A stretch of DNA of 64,000 nt, from positions 10,354,001 through 10,418,000 of the forward strand of contig NC_090404.1 in NCBI RefSeq assembly GCF_036365525.1, read 5' to 3'. Below the pieces are notes generated by a model. The model was not told the DNA's origin and searched no databases. It worked only from the letters and a program-made list of their open reading frames with translations. The translations under genes and the position numbers were made by a program. This DNA is from Heterodontus francisci. Its lineage: Eukaryota. Of this stretch, positions 38,400-50,833 are shown piece by piece (position 1 is the stretch's first letter; every line of letters starts with the position of its first letter).

Positions 38400-41370
38400 G
38401 TCACATGAAAGCTGCAAGGTGATTGGTTGGTGAGTATCTGCTGTTAGGGAAGAACTCTAAATTGCTGCGTTAGTACACTACTGTTGGAGTGCGTGTGTAA
38501 ATATCTTAATAATAAGGAACAAGTGAGTAGCTGGTATTTTGTTTTGAGTAAGGTTATTTTAACAAGTGAACTGTATTGATTTTTAGTAGGATTTGTCAGT
38601 ACTAGTAAGGTTTTATTAACAATTCTAAGCTGCTGTAGTATTGGTAAGGCGTTTTAACAGTAGCAAAGGGTCAACTAATAAATAAAGGAATGGCAGGGTT
38701 GCTTCAACCTCGAGAGTATACCTCCTGTGCTATGTGGGAGTTCCAGGATGCTTCCTGTATCCTGGAGAACCATTTGTGCAGGAAGTGTTGTCAATTGAAG
38801 CAGCTTGAGGTCCGCCTTTTGGAACTTGAGCGGCAGCTGGCGACACTGCCGTGCATTCATGAGAATGAGATTTACGTGGATAGCACGTTTATATATGTGG
38901 GCACTGCACAGCTTAACAGTATGCAGGGAGAGAGGGAATAGGTGATCACCAGGCAGTCAAAAAGAAGCAAGCAGGTACGGCAGGAGACCGCTGAGTGCAT
39001 CCCACTCTCCAACAGGAATTCAGTTCCCAATACGGAGGAAAGTGATGCTTCACCCGGGGAGCGCAGCCAGAGCCAACCCCATGGCACCACGGGTGACCCA
39101 GCTTCACAGGGGGGTATAGGAAAGACTAGAAGAGCCATAGTGATAGGTGCTTCAATAGTCAGGGACCAGACAGGCGTTTCTGTGGCCGCAGATGTGAATC
39201 CAGGATGGTGTGTTGCCTCCCTGGTGCCAGGGTCAAGGATGTCACTGAGCAGCTGCAGAGCATCCTGAAGGGGGAGGGTGAACAGCCAGCAGTCGTGGTC
39301 CACATAAGAACCACCGACATAGGTAGAAAGAGGGATGTAGTCTTGCAGTCGGGATGTAGTCTTGCAGTCAGAATGTAGGGAGCTAGGGAAGAAATAAGCA
39401 AGCAGGACCTCAAAAGTAGTAATCTCCGGATTACTTCCAGTACCATGCACAAGTGAATATAGAAATAGAAGGTTAAGACAGATGAATGCGTGGCTGGAAA
39501 GATGGTGCAGGAGGGAGCACTTTAGATTCCTGGGACATTGGGACTGGTTCTGGGGGAGATGGGCTCTGTACAGGCCGGACGGGTGCACCTGAACAGAGCT
39601 GGGACTGAGTTCCTTGTGGGATGTTTAGCTAGTGCTTTTGGGGAGGGTTTAGACTAGTTTGGCAGAGGGATGGGAACCTGAGGGTAGAATCAGTTGGGGC
39701 AAAATCAGAAATGAAAATGGAAGGTGAAAAATTAATGGATGAATCTGGAAGACAGAGGAAACGAAGGTTAGAAAATTTAAAAAAAGTTTGGCAGTGCTCA
39801 AGGGTATCTATTTAGGAAATGAAGATGGGCAGGAGGTAGGAGTGGCAGTGGAAGAGCATTTGGTGGTAGTGATCATAATTCAGTCAGTTTTAACATAATT
39901 GTGGAAAAGGACAGAGATAGAACAGGAGTTAGAGTTCTCAATTGGGGCAAGGCCAATTTTATTAAACTGAGGAGTGATTTAGTGAAAGTGGACTGGAAAC
40001 AGCTACTTGAAGGTAAATCAGTGTCAGAACAGTGGGAGGTATTCAAAGGGGGAGATTCAAGGGGTTCAGAGTAAACATGTACTCACAAAGAAAAAGGGTG
40101 AGACGGACAAATCTGGAGCTCCACGAATGTCAAGGAGCCTACAGGGTAAGATAAGGCAGAAAAGGAAAGCATATGTCCTCCACCGAGAACTCAATGCTAC
40201 AGAAAGCTAAGAGAAGTGCAGAAAGTGGAGGGGTGAAATCAAAAAGGAAATTAGGAAAACAAAGAGAGGGCATGAAAGAATATTGGCAAGAAAAATTTAG
40301 GTGAACCCAAAGATGTTTGATCAATACATTAAGAGTAAGAGGATAACTAAGAAGAGAGTAGGGCCCATAAAAGACCAAAAAGGTAACCTATGTTTTTGTA
40401 ATAGGGGAGGCGGTAGCGTAGTGGTAATGTCACTGGACTGGTAGCCCAGAGGCCCAGGCTAATGCTCTGGGGACGTCGGTTCGAATCCCACCACAGCAGA
40501 TGGTGGAATTTGAATTCAATTAATAAAATCTGGAATTAAAAAGCTAGTCTAGTGTGACCATGAAGCCATTGTCGATTGTTGTAAAAACCCATCTGGTTCA
40601 CTAATGTCCTTTAGGGAAGGAAATCTGCCGTCCTTACCTGGTCTGGCCTACGTGTGACTCCAGATCCACAGCAATGTGGTTGACTCTTAAAATGCCCTCT
40701 GAAATGGCCACTTAGTTCAAGGGCAATTAGGGATGGGCAATAAATGCTGGCCTAGCCAGCGACGCCCACATCCCATGAACGAATAATAAAAAATGTGTAG
40801 GTGTGGAAGATATTGGTATGGTTCTTAATGAATACTTTGCGTCTGTCTTCAGAAAAGAGGGGAATGATGCAGATATTGTAGTTAAGGAGGAAGGGTGCAA
40901 AGTACTGGATGTGATAAACATAAGGAGAGAGGATGTATTAATGGGATTAGCATCCTTGAAAGTTAATAAATCACTAGGGCCAAATGAAATGTATCCTGGG
41001 CTGTTAAAAGAAGCAAAAGAGGAAATAACAGATCGTTTGACCATCATTTTCCAGTCCTCACTGGATGCAGGTGTGATGCCGGAGGATTGGAGAACTGCTG
41101 ATGTTGTACCTCTGTTTAAAAAGGGAGCAAAGGATAGACCGAATAATTACAGGTCAGTCAATCTAACCTCAGTAGTGGGCAAATTATTGGAATCTATTCT
41201 GAGAGACAGGATAAACTGTCACTTAGAAAGGCACAGGTTAATCAAGGATAGTCAGCATGGACTTGTTCAGGGAAGATCTTGTTTGACCAACTTGATCGAA
41301 TTTTTTGATGAAGTAACAAGGATGATAGAGGAGGGTAGTGCAGTTGATGTGGTCTACATGGATTTTAACA
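38400..41370 (+). mobile_element. CR1 LINE with ORF1 (Cys-rich N-terminus, SGNH esterase-like) and internally deleted ORF2
   Basis: SCAMWE...CRKCCQL, RRAIVIGASIVR, CCLPG; RT NYRSVNLTSVVGKLLE...DVVYMDF. Confidence 0.85.
40404..40793 (+). mobile_element. tRNA-derived SINE with the 3' tail of the second LINE family
   Basis: A box TAGCGTAGTGG 40414-40424; B box GGTTCGAATCC 40478-40488; tail matches 28786-28858. Confidence 0.85.
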
Positions 41371-42100
41371 AGAGAGAATCGAACCCTTGTTGTTCAATAG
41401 CATTACCATCGCTGAATCCCGCACTTTCAACATCCTGGAGGTTACTATTGACCAGAAACTGAACTGGACCAGCCATATAATTACTATGGCGAAAAGAGCA
41501 GGTCAGAGGCTAGGAATTCTGTGGTAGGTAACTCACCTCCTTTCTCCCCAAAGCCAGCCCACCATCTGCAAGGCAATATCAGGAGTGGGATGAAATACTC
41601 TTCATTCGCCTGGGTGGATGCGGCTCCAACAACACTCAAGAACTTCGCCACCATCCAGGACAAAGCAGCCCGCTTGATTGGCACTCAATCCACCACCTTC
41701 AACGTTCACTCCCGCCACCACCGACGCACAGTGGCAACAGTGTGTACCTTCTACAAGATGCACTGCAGCAACGCACCGAGGCTCCTTCGACAGCACCTTC
41801 CAAACTGGCGACCTCTACCACCTAGAAAGACAAGGGCAGCAGATGCATAGGAACACCACCACCTGCAAGTTCCCCTCCAAGCCACACACCATCCTGACTT
41901 GGAACTATATCGCCGTTCCTTCACTGTCGCTGGGTCTAAATCCCGGATCCCTTCCTGATGGCACTGTGGGTGTACCGACCGCACATGGACTGCAGCGGTT
42001 CAAGAAGGCAGCTCACCACCACTTTCTCAAGGGCAATTAGGGATAGGCAATAAATACTGTCCTCGCCAGCAATGCCAACACCCCATGAATGAATAAAAAT
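41368..42100 (+). mobile_element. Second LINE family 3' end fused to CR1
   Basis: Homologous to 28120-28858. Confidence 0.85.
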
Positions 42101-42306
42101 TAAGAACTTTTATGCAGAGGAACGAGAAAGGCTGGGAATGTTGTCCACATATCAGTATAGAGTAGAATACACGTAATTGTTTCCACTAGCAGAAATTGTG
42201 TAAACCAAGGACTCCGATTTAAAAGAATTGTTTACAAAACGACAGGGAAAATTGAATTTAATTTAATACACGGCGATTTGCTAAGATTTGGAATGCACTG
42301 CTTGAA

Positions 42307-42652
42307 GGGTGGCACAGTGGCGCAATGGTTAACACTGCAGCTTCACAGCTCCAGCGACCCAGGTTCAATTCTGGGTACTGTCTGTGTGGAGTTTGCAAGT
42401 TCTCCCTGTGTCTGCGTGGGTTTCCTCCGGGCGCTCCGGTTTCCTCCCATATGCCAAAGACTTGCAGGTTGATAGGTTAATTGGCCATTATAAATGTCTC
42501 CTAGTATAGGTAGGTGGTAGGGATATATAGGGACAGGTGGGGATGTGGTAGGGATATGGGATTAATGTAGGATTAGTATAAATGGGTGGTTGATGGTCGG
42601 CACAGACTCGGTGGGCCGAAGGGCCTGTTTCAGTGCGGTATCTCTAAAACTA
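42307..42652 (+). mobile_element. HE1-like V-SINE
   Basis: Same head, V domain and tail as the 4410 copy. Confidence 0.9.
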
Positions 42653-43191
42653 AGAAGGGTGAGGTCAGCAGATTGAATAGTAACTTTCGAAAGGGAATTG
42701 TACATGTACTTGAAAATGAAAAACAGTGCAGGGCAATGTGAAAAATGTAGATGGTGAGGGATGAATTGGAGAGCTCTTTTAAAGAGGCATAGGTACGATA
42801 GGCCGAATGGCCTCACTCTGTGCTCTACGATTCTCGTAATTCTAGTCCCTTCATTCTCCTTCCACTCTATTTTTGCCCAGTCACCCCAACAGTGAGCAGG
42901 TGCAGAATAGCCACAGACCTCTGGAGATGCAACCGTTGCTATTTCCGCTCCATCAGTTCCGAGTCCAGCTGAGTGTCGCCGCACACTGCGCTCAATTTTG
43001 AGGCTGCGGTATCCCCGCCCACAGCTTCCGTTTGCTGCTCTCACTCTGACCCGATTTTGTTATTGGAGGGATTGCTGCCGCGGGTCCATTCTTGTCATTG
43101 GTTGGATCAGCAGTGCAGTGGGACGCGGATCTGTATTTCTGTTCCGACAGAGAATTTCTTGCACTGCAGAGTTACAGATTCAGGAAGTATA

Positions 43192-43675
43192 ATGGGGAAC
43201 CGTCTGACACCGCTTCTTATCATTCTATCACTTATCAGTAAGTATTTCCTTCCCAGTAAAAATTCATTCTCCCTCTGACTGCTGCAACCCAGCTGTTATC
43301 ATTGGTGAAAGGAAAGTGATGATGATGATGTTAATGATGTGATAATGTCTATTATTATTATTTTATATCAGAATGGAGTCACCAAGACACAGTGGAACAG
43401 TCGGTTTCTGAAATGAAGGTCGAAGAGGAAACCAATGTCACACTAAACTGCACCTTGAAAACAAATGATCGTAGCCCTGTAGTGTACTGGTACAGTCAGC
43501 ACCTCCAGCAGCCTCCACAGTACCTGTTTTATATCATTGCTGGTAGAGTAAACCGGAACCTGGGCTTCACTAACCGATTCAATTCCACGTTTAATAAAAC
43601 AACCAAGGTTACAGAACTAACGATCAGCAATGCCCTGATCTCCGACACCGCCGTGTATTTCTGTGCCATGAGCCC
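43192..43675 (+). CDS. TCR alpha/delta-type V segment, apparently functional (leader 43192-43237, V exon 43372-43675)
   Basis: Leader MGNRLTPLLIILSLI with GTAAGT donor; in-frame V with VTLNC, VYWYSQ, DTAVYFCAMSP; RSS follows. Confidence 0.92.
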
Positions 43676-43714
43676 CACACTGCTGCAGAGAGAAGCGGAT
43701 CCCGTACAAAAACC
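43676..43714 (+). other. 23-RSS
   Basis: CACACTG + 23 nt + ACAAAAACC. Confidence 0.95.
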
Positions 43715-43738
43715 CACACTGAGAGTTCACTTAGTCTT

Positions 43739-43805
43739 CACCAGAGGGCGCTCTCACACCGATAAACAAAAGCAATAAGGTGGCGTTGTTGACACCAGAT
43801 GGCGC
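43739..43805 (+). promoter_or_regulatory. Two tandem CTCF-like motifs just behind the RSS
   Basis: CACCAGAGGGCGC 43739-43751 and CACCAGATGGCGC 43793-43805. Confidence 0.7.
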
Positions 43806-44604
43806 ACTACCCGCACATGCGCAAATTCAGTGTTTTTGGCTGTAACGTCACTGTTAGTGACGCCCCAGACCTTTCTCAGCTGCTATGAATTGTGGGAGCC
43901 GCAGCCCTCCATAGCCCAGGCATTAAGGGAGTCAATCCAAACCCAATTTAAGAAGGGTCACCCGCCCGAAACGTTAACTCTGCTTCTCTTTCCACAGATG
44001 CTGCCAGACCTGCTGAGTGGTTCCAGCATTTCTTGTTTTTATTCAAACTTCCTTCCAGCCGGGAGCTGCCCGGGTCCCGACAGACTGCAGGTGTCCTTTT
44101 GAGCGGAGAGAATCACTGAGGTGCTGACCGCTCATCAATACAATCGAGGAAAGATGGATTGAAACAAAGGAAAGAAGCTCTACTGGTCCCTGTGACAACC
44201 GGCGGACAACAACAATAACCACCAGTGTGAGATTTCAAACAGCAAATAGAGGAGAAAATTACTCACAACGTAAGATGTGTAAATATGCAATTCTCTGCCA
44301 GAAAATGTTATTACTGACTCTGGCATTGACTCTTGCATAGGATTAAAGGAACTTATATTCTAGATACTTTTAATTTGTGGTCAACAATAACAAAATCCTT
44401 TGGATGTACAATGTACAATAAAATTGTCAGTCAGTCCGTTTATGATAAACTGAGGAAAATAAAGGGTGAAAGAATTGTCACCCTTCTCCATTAGGCCATT
44501 TCACTCTATAGTGACATTGGGCCATGAAATACAGTGATACCAGGAGATCACTTTCACAGTCGACATGTCTTAACACATTCAGTTTATGTATACGTTCGAG
44601 CCCT

Positions 44605-45020
44605 ACATACACCGCCGAGTCTGTCAGTTCTGTTTTAAGCACTTTCAGTGGGACGGTTCGGATCGAATCATCAAGCTCCCGAGGAAAACGGTCCGATGGA
44701 AATCTGTCCTGGTCCTCATTGTATTTGTTGCTCTGCAGCAGATATTCCATGGTTCCGCTGGGATACTGACTGTACCAGAATAGGTAGGGCTGGTGCTTGG
44801 AGATGTATAATTATAGTGCAACTGAACATTGCCTCTTTCACTTACTGTGATCGCAGCCGGTGTCTGTGAAACGGAGTTCCCTCGACAGCATCCTACAAGA
44901 ACAGAGTGATGTTACATTAACCAAAGTCACCTCACTGTGTCTATCGCCCAGAATCAGTCCGTCACTTCCTACACTTACCTGAGAATTTAATCTGTTAAAC
45001 ATAAATACACTTCCCACAGT
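44605..45020 (-). pseudogene. TCR V pseudogene
   Basis: NSVSQTP...VQLHYNY (first Cys lost), frameshift, YLFWYSQYPSG...ELTDSAVY then truncated with no second Cys or RSS; exon boundary at 44892; degenerate leader with donor at 44978. Confidence 0.85.
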
Positions 45021-46205
45021 TCAGGAGCTGCAACAGGAAGGTGCTGGGATCGACTGAATAAAGGAAAAACTGCAAACGGCCTGTGGGTGTAAGACTCGTG
45101 TGTCTGTCATTAGCCCTGGTGGGATGGAACGGGTCTGTCTGTCACTAGCCTGTAATCTCAGTTTACCTCTTCCAATGTTTCTTACTGGGGGAACTTGTCG
45201 AGTTTCCTCAAACTGTTTTGATTGTTTCGAATCAAGGTAGATCCGGATTGTTTTGTTCCCCTTGTGCTCGGGGAACTGATCGATTAAACGTATGATAAAG
45301 ACGTGAAAGACAGCCTTGTATAAATTGTGAATTTACCAGTTAAGAGAGCTGCGGCTGTGAGGAATAAATAAAAAGTAACAGCCAACATGCTTGCAGAGAG
45401 TTGATGGCTGGTTGAGCTGAACGTATTGAAACTGGAATTGTTTTCGTTGGGACTTGAGAAGAGGCTGTTCGATATTCGGCTTCTCTACCAAATAGGTTCA
45501 TTTCTGGCAGGGTCAGCAGGTGACATCCAATTAGGCCAGGGGTCCTTAGTTCTTTAATTCGTTCACAGATCCTTTGTTCTCCAGTTCATCCAATTCAGCG
45601 CGTTAGTACCCTAATTCATCCAATCAGCTCAGAGGTCCTTTATTCCACAATTCATGCCATCAGAGCATGCTCGGCAGGCAGCCGAGTGAAATTATTCTCC
45701 TCACAATGGGAAACTGAATGGAGATTACACTCAATGTTGGCCCTTAAACAGGGTCAGTCTGTGAGTCTGGGCATGAGGAAAATAATTCATGTTGTCCAGG
45801 CATCTGTGCCGTTGAATCCCATTAAAACAGCTGCTCACTGCCCATTAGAACTTCCCACAGCCGACATAACAAGCTTGTTCTTGCTCTGGAGGTAATTGAG
45901 ACAGACAGCACCTTTCACTTGAATACAATAGGGAATGATTGACAGTTTTGACCAGAATGGCGGGGCGTCGCAACAAACGGACTTAGTGATTCTGACGTGA
46001 GCTGCTTATTAAAAAATGCAGCTTATTTCCATTAACAATATTTTAACCCTTCATAATAACATTAACACGAAGCAATTTCCATTTAAAATGAGTGGTTCGG
46101 TTACCGAAACTTTTTCTTTTATGCGTTTCTTCAGTAAAGTCACGGAATGCTGCTTCGAGGCTGAAACTCGTCTCCACACTGACACCAACTGAGTGAAGAT
46201 ATTCA

Positions 46206-46240
46206 GTGCCCTCTGCTGGCGACTACATGTGACTGCATGT
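46206..46240 (-). promoter_or_regulatory. CTCF-like motif with upstream TGCAGT module
   Basis: Minus strand TGCAGTCACATGTAGTCG-CCAGCAGAGGGCAC. Confidence 0.7.
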
Positions 46241-46976
46241 TCAAAACCAATCGCCTGCTCCAGCGATTGATCACACGATCATGCCGGACGGGAGAAGGAA
46301 TCCTGCCACTGTTAGGATAGATAATCTAACACCAACCACACCTTCCCCCGCAACCTTCCCTGTTGGAACATCCATTATTTCATGAAATTATTCCCAGGTT
46401 TGACCTTCCTCTGTTCCATTTAGAAGCAGATACCACACATTGACTGCTCCGTGTCTGAAGAATTTCCTGATACCAGTCCTAAAAAGTCATAAAACGAGAC
46501 CTTTCTTAGTTTGAACCCGTGTCCGTAGGCTCTAAGTCCGCTATTTAATGTAAATGTATATCCATAGTTAGCTGTTTTGCATTCTTCATGATTTGATCTA
46601 CCTCTTGGTTAGCTTGCAGTCGGGCACTCGCTGAGATGAATGAAATGCTAATATCCAACTATCTCATTATTCTGCTCCAAACTAACAAGAATAAACCGGT
46701 TACTGAGCTGTGAAAGACACTGAGTTTTATACTCGAAGACTCCGCACTGGAATTCACAGGCGCTTGTCTGCAGGAGCTGGATACTTTCAAACAAAGGAGG
46801 AAGTGATCATTGAGGGAGGAAGTGAGGGCAGCGGGAATGTCTATTCATCTCTCTATCTCTCTAACTGTTTAAGAACTAACTATTTATTGACCCATTTGTT
46901 CATCTCCATAATTTGGTTTGTGTTCCATTATCAGATCATAATCCAGATTCAGGGAGAGGAGGTGAGAGTCCTTTGC

Positions 46977-47394
46977 CATTTTTGTACTGACTGATTACGC
47001 CTCTGTAACAGTCTGGGGCTCAGTGCACAATAATACATGGCAGAGTCAGAGACAAGAGCGCCGGTGACTTTTAAATGAACCATGTTCTTGTCTTTCTCCA
47101 GATCAGCAGAGCACTTGGGAAATCTGGAGATTTATGGCCCTGTCCCATGCCGTATGTCCTCAGTAAATATCTGAGTTTCCCCCGGATACTGGATGTACCA
47201 TAAAGAGTCCTTCCTGAACCGTTAATTCAGGCAATTCCTGGAACACTGAATCGTCACCATTCGTTTCTGTAACAAAACATAGGAGTCAAAATCAAAAGAA
47301 TGAATACTACCCATGGAAGACACACTGGCCATTTACACATAGGCTCACCTGACAGCAAGACGATTATTATCGGTAAGAAACGTAGGAAGCACAT
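46977..47394 (-). pseudogene. TCR V pseudogene with intact leader and defective 23-RSS
   Basis: Leader MCFLRFLPIIIVLLS (47349-47394); V exon 47016-47266 lacks the first-Cys/CDR1 region and ends VSDSAMYYCALSP; RSS CAGACTG + 23 + ACAAAAATG; CRE-like TGACGTC ~47550. Confidence 0.88.
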
Positions 47395-47749
47395 GGTGCC
47401 TGGTTTACAGTTCGAATGAAAATAGCAGAATGTTCTACTTCTTAACTCTTCTAATCCGACATTGAAGAATGACCTTTGATCGGAGCAGAATTCACTTATT
47501 GGTAAACGGAGGGGCGTTTCTCAGGGTGGAATGTCTGGTCGCTCAGATATGACGTCGGCTGTGAACCAATCACGTTCGTTGAGGACCAATTACTGCTGCG
47601 TCTCTCCAAGGACTTTCCTTCCCCGACTGTGTTTGTGTGTCTCTCTTTGTCTCACTCCCTTGCCCTTTATCTCGTTGTCAGTCTTTCTGTTCCTTTCTCA
47701 CTTTGTCTCTATCTCTGCCTAACTCTATATCTTTATCACATATGAGAAA

Positions 47750-48660
47750 TAGAACATAAGAACATAAGAAATAGGAACAGGAGTAGGCAATTCGGCCCCT
47801 CAAGACTGCCCCGCCATTCAGTAAGATCATGGCTGATCTTTCCCAGACCTCAACTCCTCTTTCGCGCCAGCTCCTCATAGCCCTCAACTCTCCGATATTT
47901 CACTGATCTAGCCTCCACAACTCTCTGGGGTAGAGAGTTCCAGACATTCACTACCCTCTGAGGGAAGAAATTCCTTTGCATCTCAGTTTTAAATGATTGT
48001 CCCCTCATTCTGTGACAATGTCTCCTAGTTCGAGATTCCCCCACTAGCGGAAACATCTTCTCAACATCTATCCTGTCAAGTCCTCTCAGAATCTTGTATG
48101 TTTCAATAAGATCACCCCTCATGTTTCTAAACTCTAATGAATAAAGGCCTAACCTGTTTAGCCGTTCTTGATAAATCAACCCCTTCATCCCAGGAATCAG
48201 CCTAGTGAATCGCTTTTGTACTGCCTCCATGTCTGTATATCCTTTCTTAAATACAGGGACTAAAACTGTACACAGTACCAGGTGCGGCCTCACCAACACC
48301 CTGTACAGTTGTAACAAGATTTCCCTATTTTTAAACTCCAACCCGCTAGCAATAATGTCCAAAATTCCATTTGCCCTCTTAATTACTTGTTGCACCTGCA
48401 TGCTAACTTTTTGTGTTTGATGCACAAGAATACCTTTTTTGGAGTCTCTCTCCATTTAAATAATAGTCTGCCTTTTGATTCTTCCTACCAAAGTGCATTA
48501 CCTCACACTATCCTACATGAAACTCCATCTGCCAAGTTTTTGCCCACTCACTCAATCTATCTATATCCCCTTGCAGATTCCTTATGTCCTCATCACAACA
48601 TGCCCTCCCACCTATTTTTGTATCGTCAGCAAATTTGGATATATTACACTCTACCCCCTT
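47750..48660 (-). mobile_element. CR1 LINE 3' part
   Basis: LYRVLVRPHL...VQKRFTRLIPGMKGL; AGAACATAAGAACATAAG tail repeat. Confidence 0.9.
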
Positions 48661-49164
48661 CTCCCTAATTAAGGTGAAAAATGAAAGAATTCGAATTGCT
48701 CTCGAGCCCCGGTATGAATGAATACCTTCCAGTCAATGACCATCTTCGCTACAGTTTTATGGCCACCAGGGACATTGTAAATAGTCCCCCCTCTTCAAAT
48801 GGGATTGTGGTACCATTCAGGCTCAACTTACACCAGTATAGTGCTGATTTCAGTCAGTCACTCTTGTTACCAACGCGATTCCAGAAACATTGAAAGATGT
48901 GGCCTGACAGATATGATCAGATAACAGATATGACAGATTGATCCTGTTATTCATCCCAGAAATCTGCAGGTTTGTGTGAACAGTTAGCTCTGAATATCTG
49001 AATTTGACCCTGGATTCAAATGCTGGAGAAATGTCACATCTCACAAGAGTGATAGCAGTGACTTTGACGAGAGAAGACCGCTCGGATAAAGCTGTTCGTT
49101 TTCTCTACAAACTCTCTGGTATTCAATCCCTGTTATTTTCCTGGAGCGCATCTTAAATACCAAC

Positions 49165-49505
49165 GTGTTTTGCCCGAGGGGCCTTATTCACTGTGGGTCG
49201 TAGGGTGCAGTAATAATCGGCGTTGTCTGTGATGCCCAAGCCTTTCATAGATAGGTGAAAATTGCCTTGCATCCAGTTGAGATTCTCGTGGAAGTGTTCA
49301 AAACCGGGAACCGTCTCCATATTCCCGTGACTATGGGTTCTGAACAGATACTGAGGAGTTCGGTGTGGATACTGGCGATACCAGAACAGGTTATAGTTTG
49401 TAAGTGAAACGGAAAAAGAGTAGCTCCAGTTGCTTGCTAAATCTACACCCTCTTCTGATCTGACTGCTGGTTCTAACTGGGACAGTGACTCGCCATTATT
49501 CATCT
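49165..49505 (-). pseudogene. TCR V segment with open frame but probably non-functional
   Basis: ESLSQLEP...SNWSY (Cys to Trp), LFWYRQYP, DNADYYCTLRP; heptamer CACAGTG (49189-49195) only 15 nt from a nonamer-like GCAAAACAC; no clear leader ATG. Confidence 0.85.
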
Positions 49506-49829
49506 CTGAAAATAAACAGCAGACAGACAGCTTGTGAGATGGGACATAACAAAGTGAATAATGACCCTGCAACGGAGATGGCGATGAGAAATGTTGTGAT
49601 GATTGGCGAATATTGTAGGGTGTTTCCAATATTACCGACCTGTGATCAGGCAGCGTTTCACCTCCGTGGTTCCAGTCTGAACTCCAGAAACAGAGACTGT
49701 GATCACTGCCCTTCCGGAAACTAGAAAGGGACAAACTATAATAGCGCCGACTTGTTATCAGAGCGGCTGGGATGTGTTCTCCCGCTCATTTCTATCTCTC
49801 TGAACAGTCACCACCTGTAGGTGATCAGA

Positions 49830-50833
49830 ATCTTAGGATCTCCTCTTTGCTGACGATGCTGCATTAACATCCCACACTGAACAGTGTCTGCATCAACAGG
49901 ATTGCGGCTGCCTGCAACGAATTTGACCTAACCATCAGCCTCAAGAAAACGAACATCATGGGACAGGACGTCAGAAATGCTCCATTCATCAATATCGGCG
50001 ACCACGCTCTGGAAGTGGTTCAAGAGTTCACCTACCTAGGCTCAACTATCACCAGTAACCTGTCTCTCAATGCAGAAATCAACAAGCGCATGGGAAAGGC
50101 GTCCGCTGCTATTTCCAGACTGACCAGGAGAGTGTGGGAAAATGGCGCACTGATACGGAACACAAAAGTCCAAGTGCTTCAAGCCTGTGTTCTCAGTTCA
50201 TTGCTCTATGGCAGCGAGGCCTGAACAATGTCTGTCAGCCAAGAGCGACATCTCAACTCATTCCATCTTCGCTGCCTCCGGAGAATCCTTGGCATCAGGT
50301 GTCAGGACCGTATCTCCAACACAGAATTCCCCGATCCGGCCAACATCTCCAGCATATACACCCGACTGAGCCAGCGGCACTTGAGATGGCTTGGCCACGT
50401 GAGCTGCATGGGAGATGACAGGATCCCCAAGGATGCATTGTACAGCGAGCTCGTCACTGGTATCAGACACCACCAGCCATACATGTCTCCGCTTTAAAGA
50501 CGTCTGTCAATGCGACGTGAAGTCCTGTGACATTGATCACAAGTCGAGGGAGTCAGTTGCCAGCGATCGCCAGAGCTGGCGGGCAGCCATAAAGCCGGGG
50601 CTGAAGAGTGGCGAGTCAAAGAGACTTAGCAGTTGGCGGGAAGAAAGACTGAAGCGCAAGGAGAGAGCCAACTGTGTAACAGCCCCGATAACCAATGTTA
50701 TCTGCAGCGCCTGTGGAAGGGTCTGTCACTTTAGAATTGACCTTTATAGCCACTCCAGGCGCTGCTTCACAAACCACTGACCACCTCCAGGCGCGTATCC
50801 ATTGTCTCTCGAGACAAGGAGGCCGAAGAAGAA
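49830..50833 (+). mobile_element. RTE-clade LINE 3' part
   Basis: LFADD, EFTYLGSTI, LLYGSEA, LRWLGHV; GAAGAAGAAG tail. Confidence 0.9.

Noticed and set aside
38872-39588. 238-aa minus-strand ORF
   Set aside because: Antisense shadow of CR1 ORF1
40404-40495. tRNA-like A and B boxes
   Set aside because: SINE head, not a tRNA gene; continues into SINE body and LINE tail
48680-48960. Possible very decayed V on the minus strand (LYWCKL)
   Set aside because: Single short motif; no leader, YYC or RSS
49808-49825. Weak CTCF-like motifs here and near 54776 and 62247
   Set aside because: Several mismatches in the core; not supportable without a PWM scan
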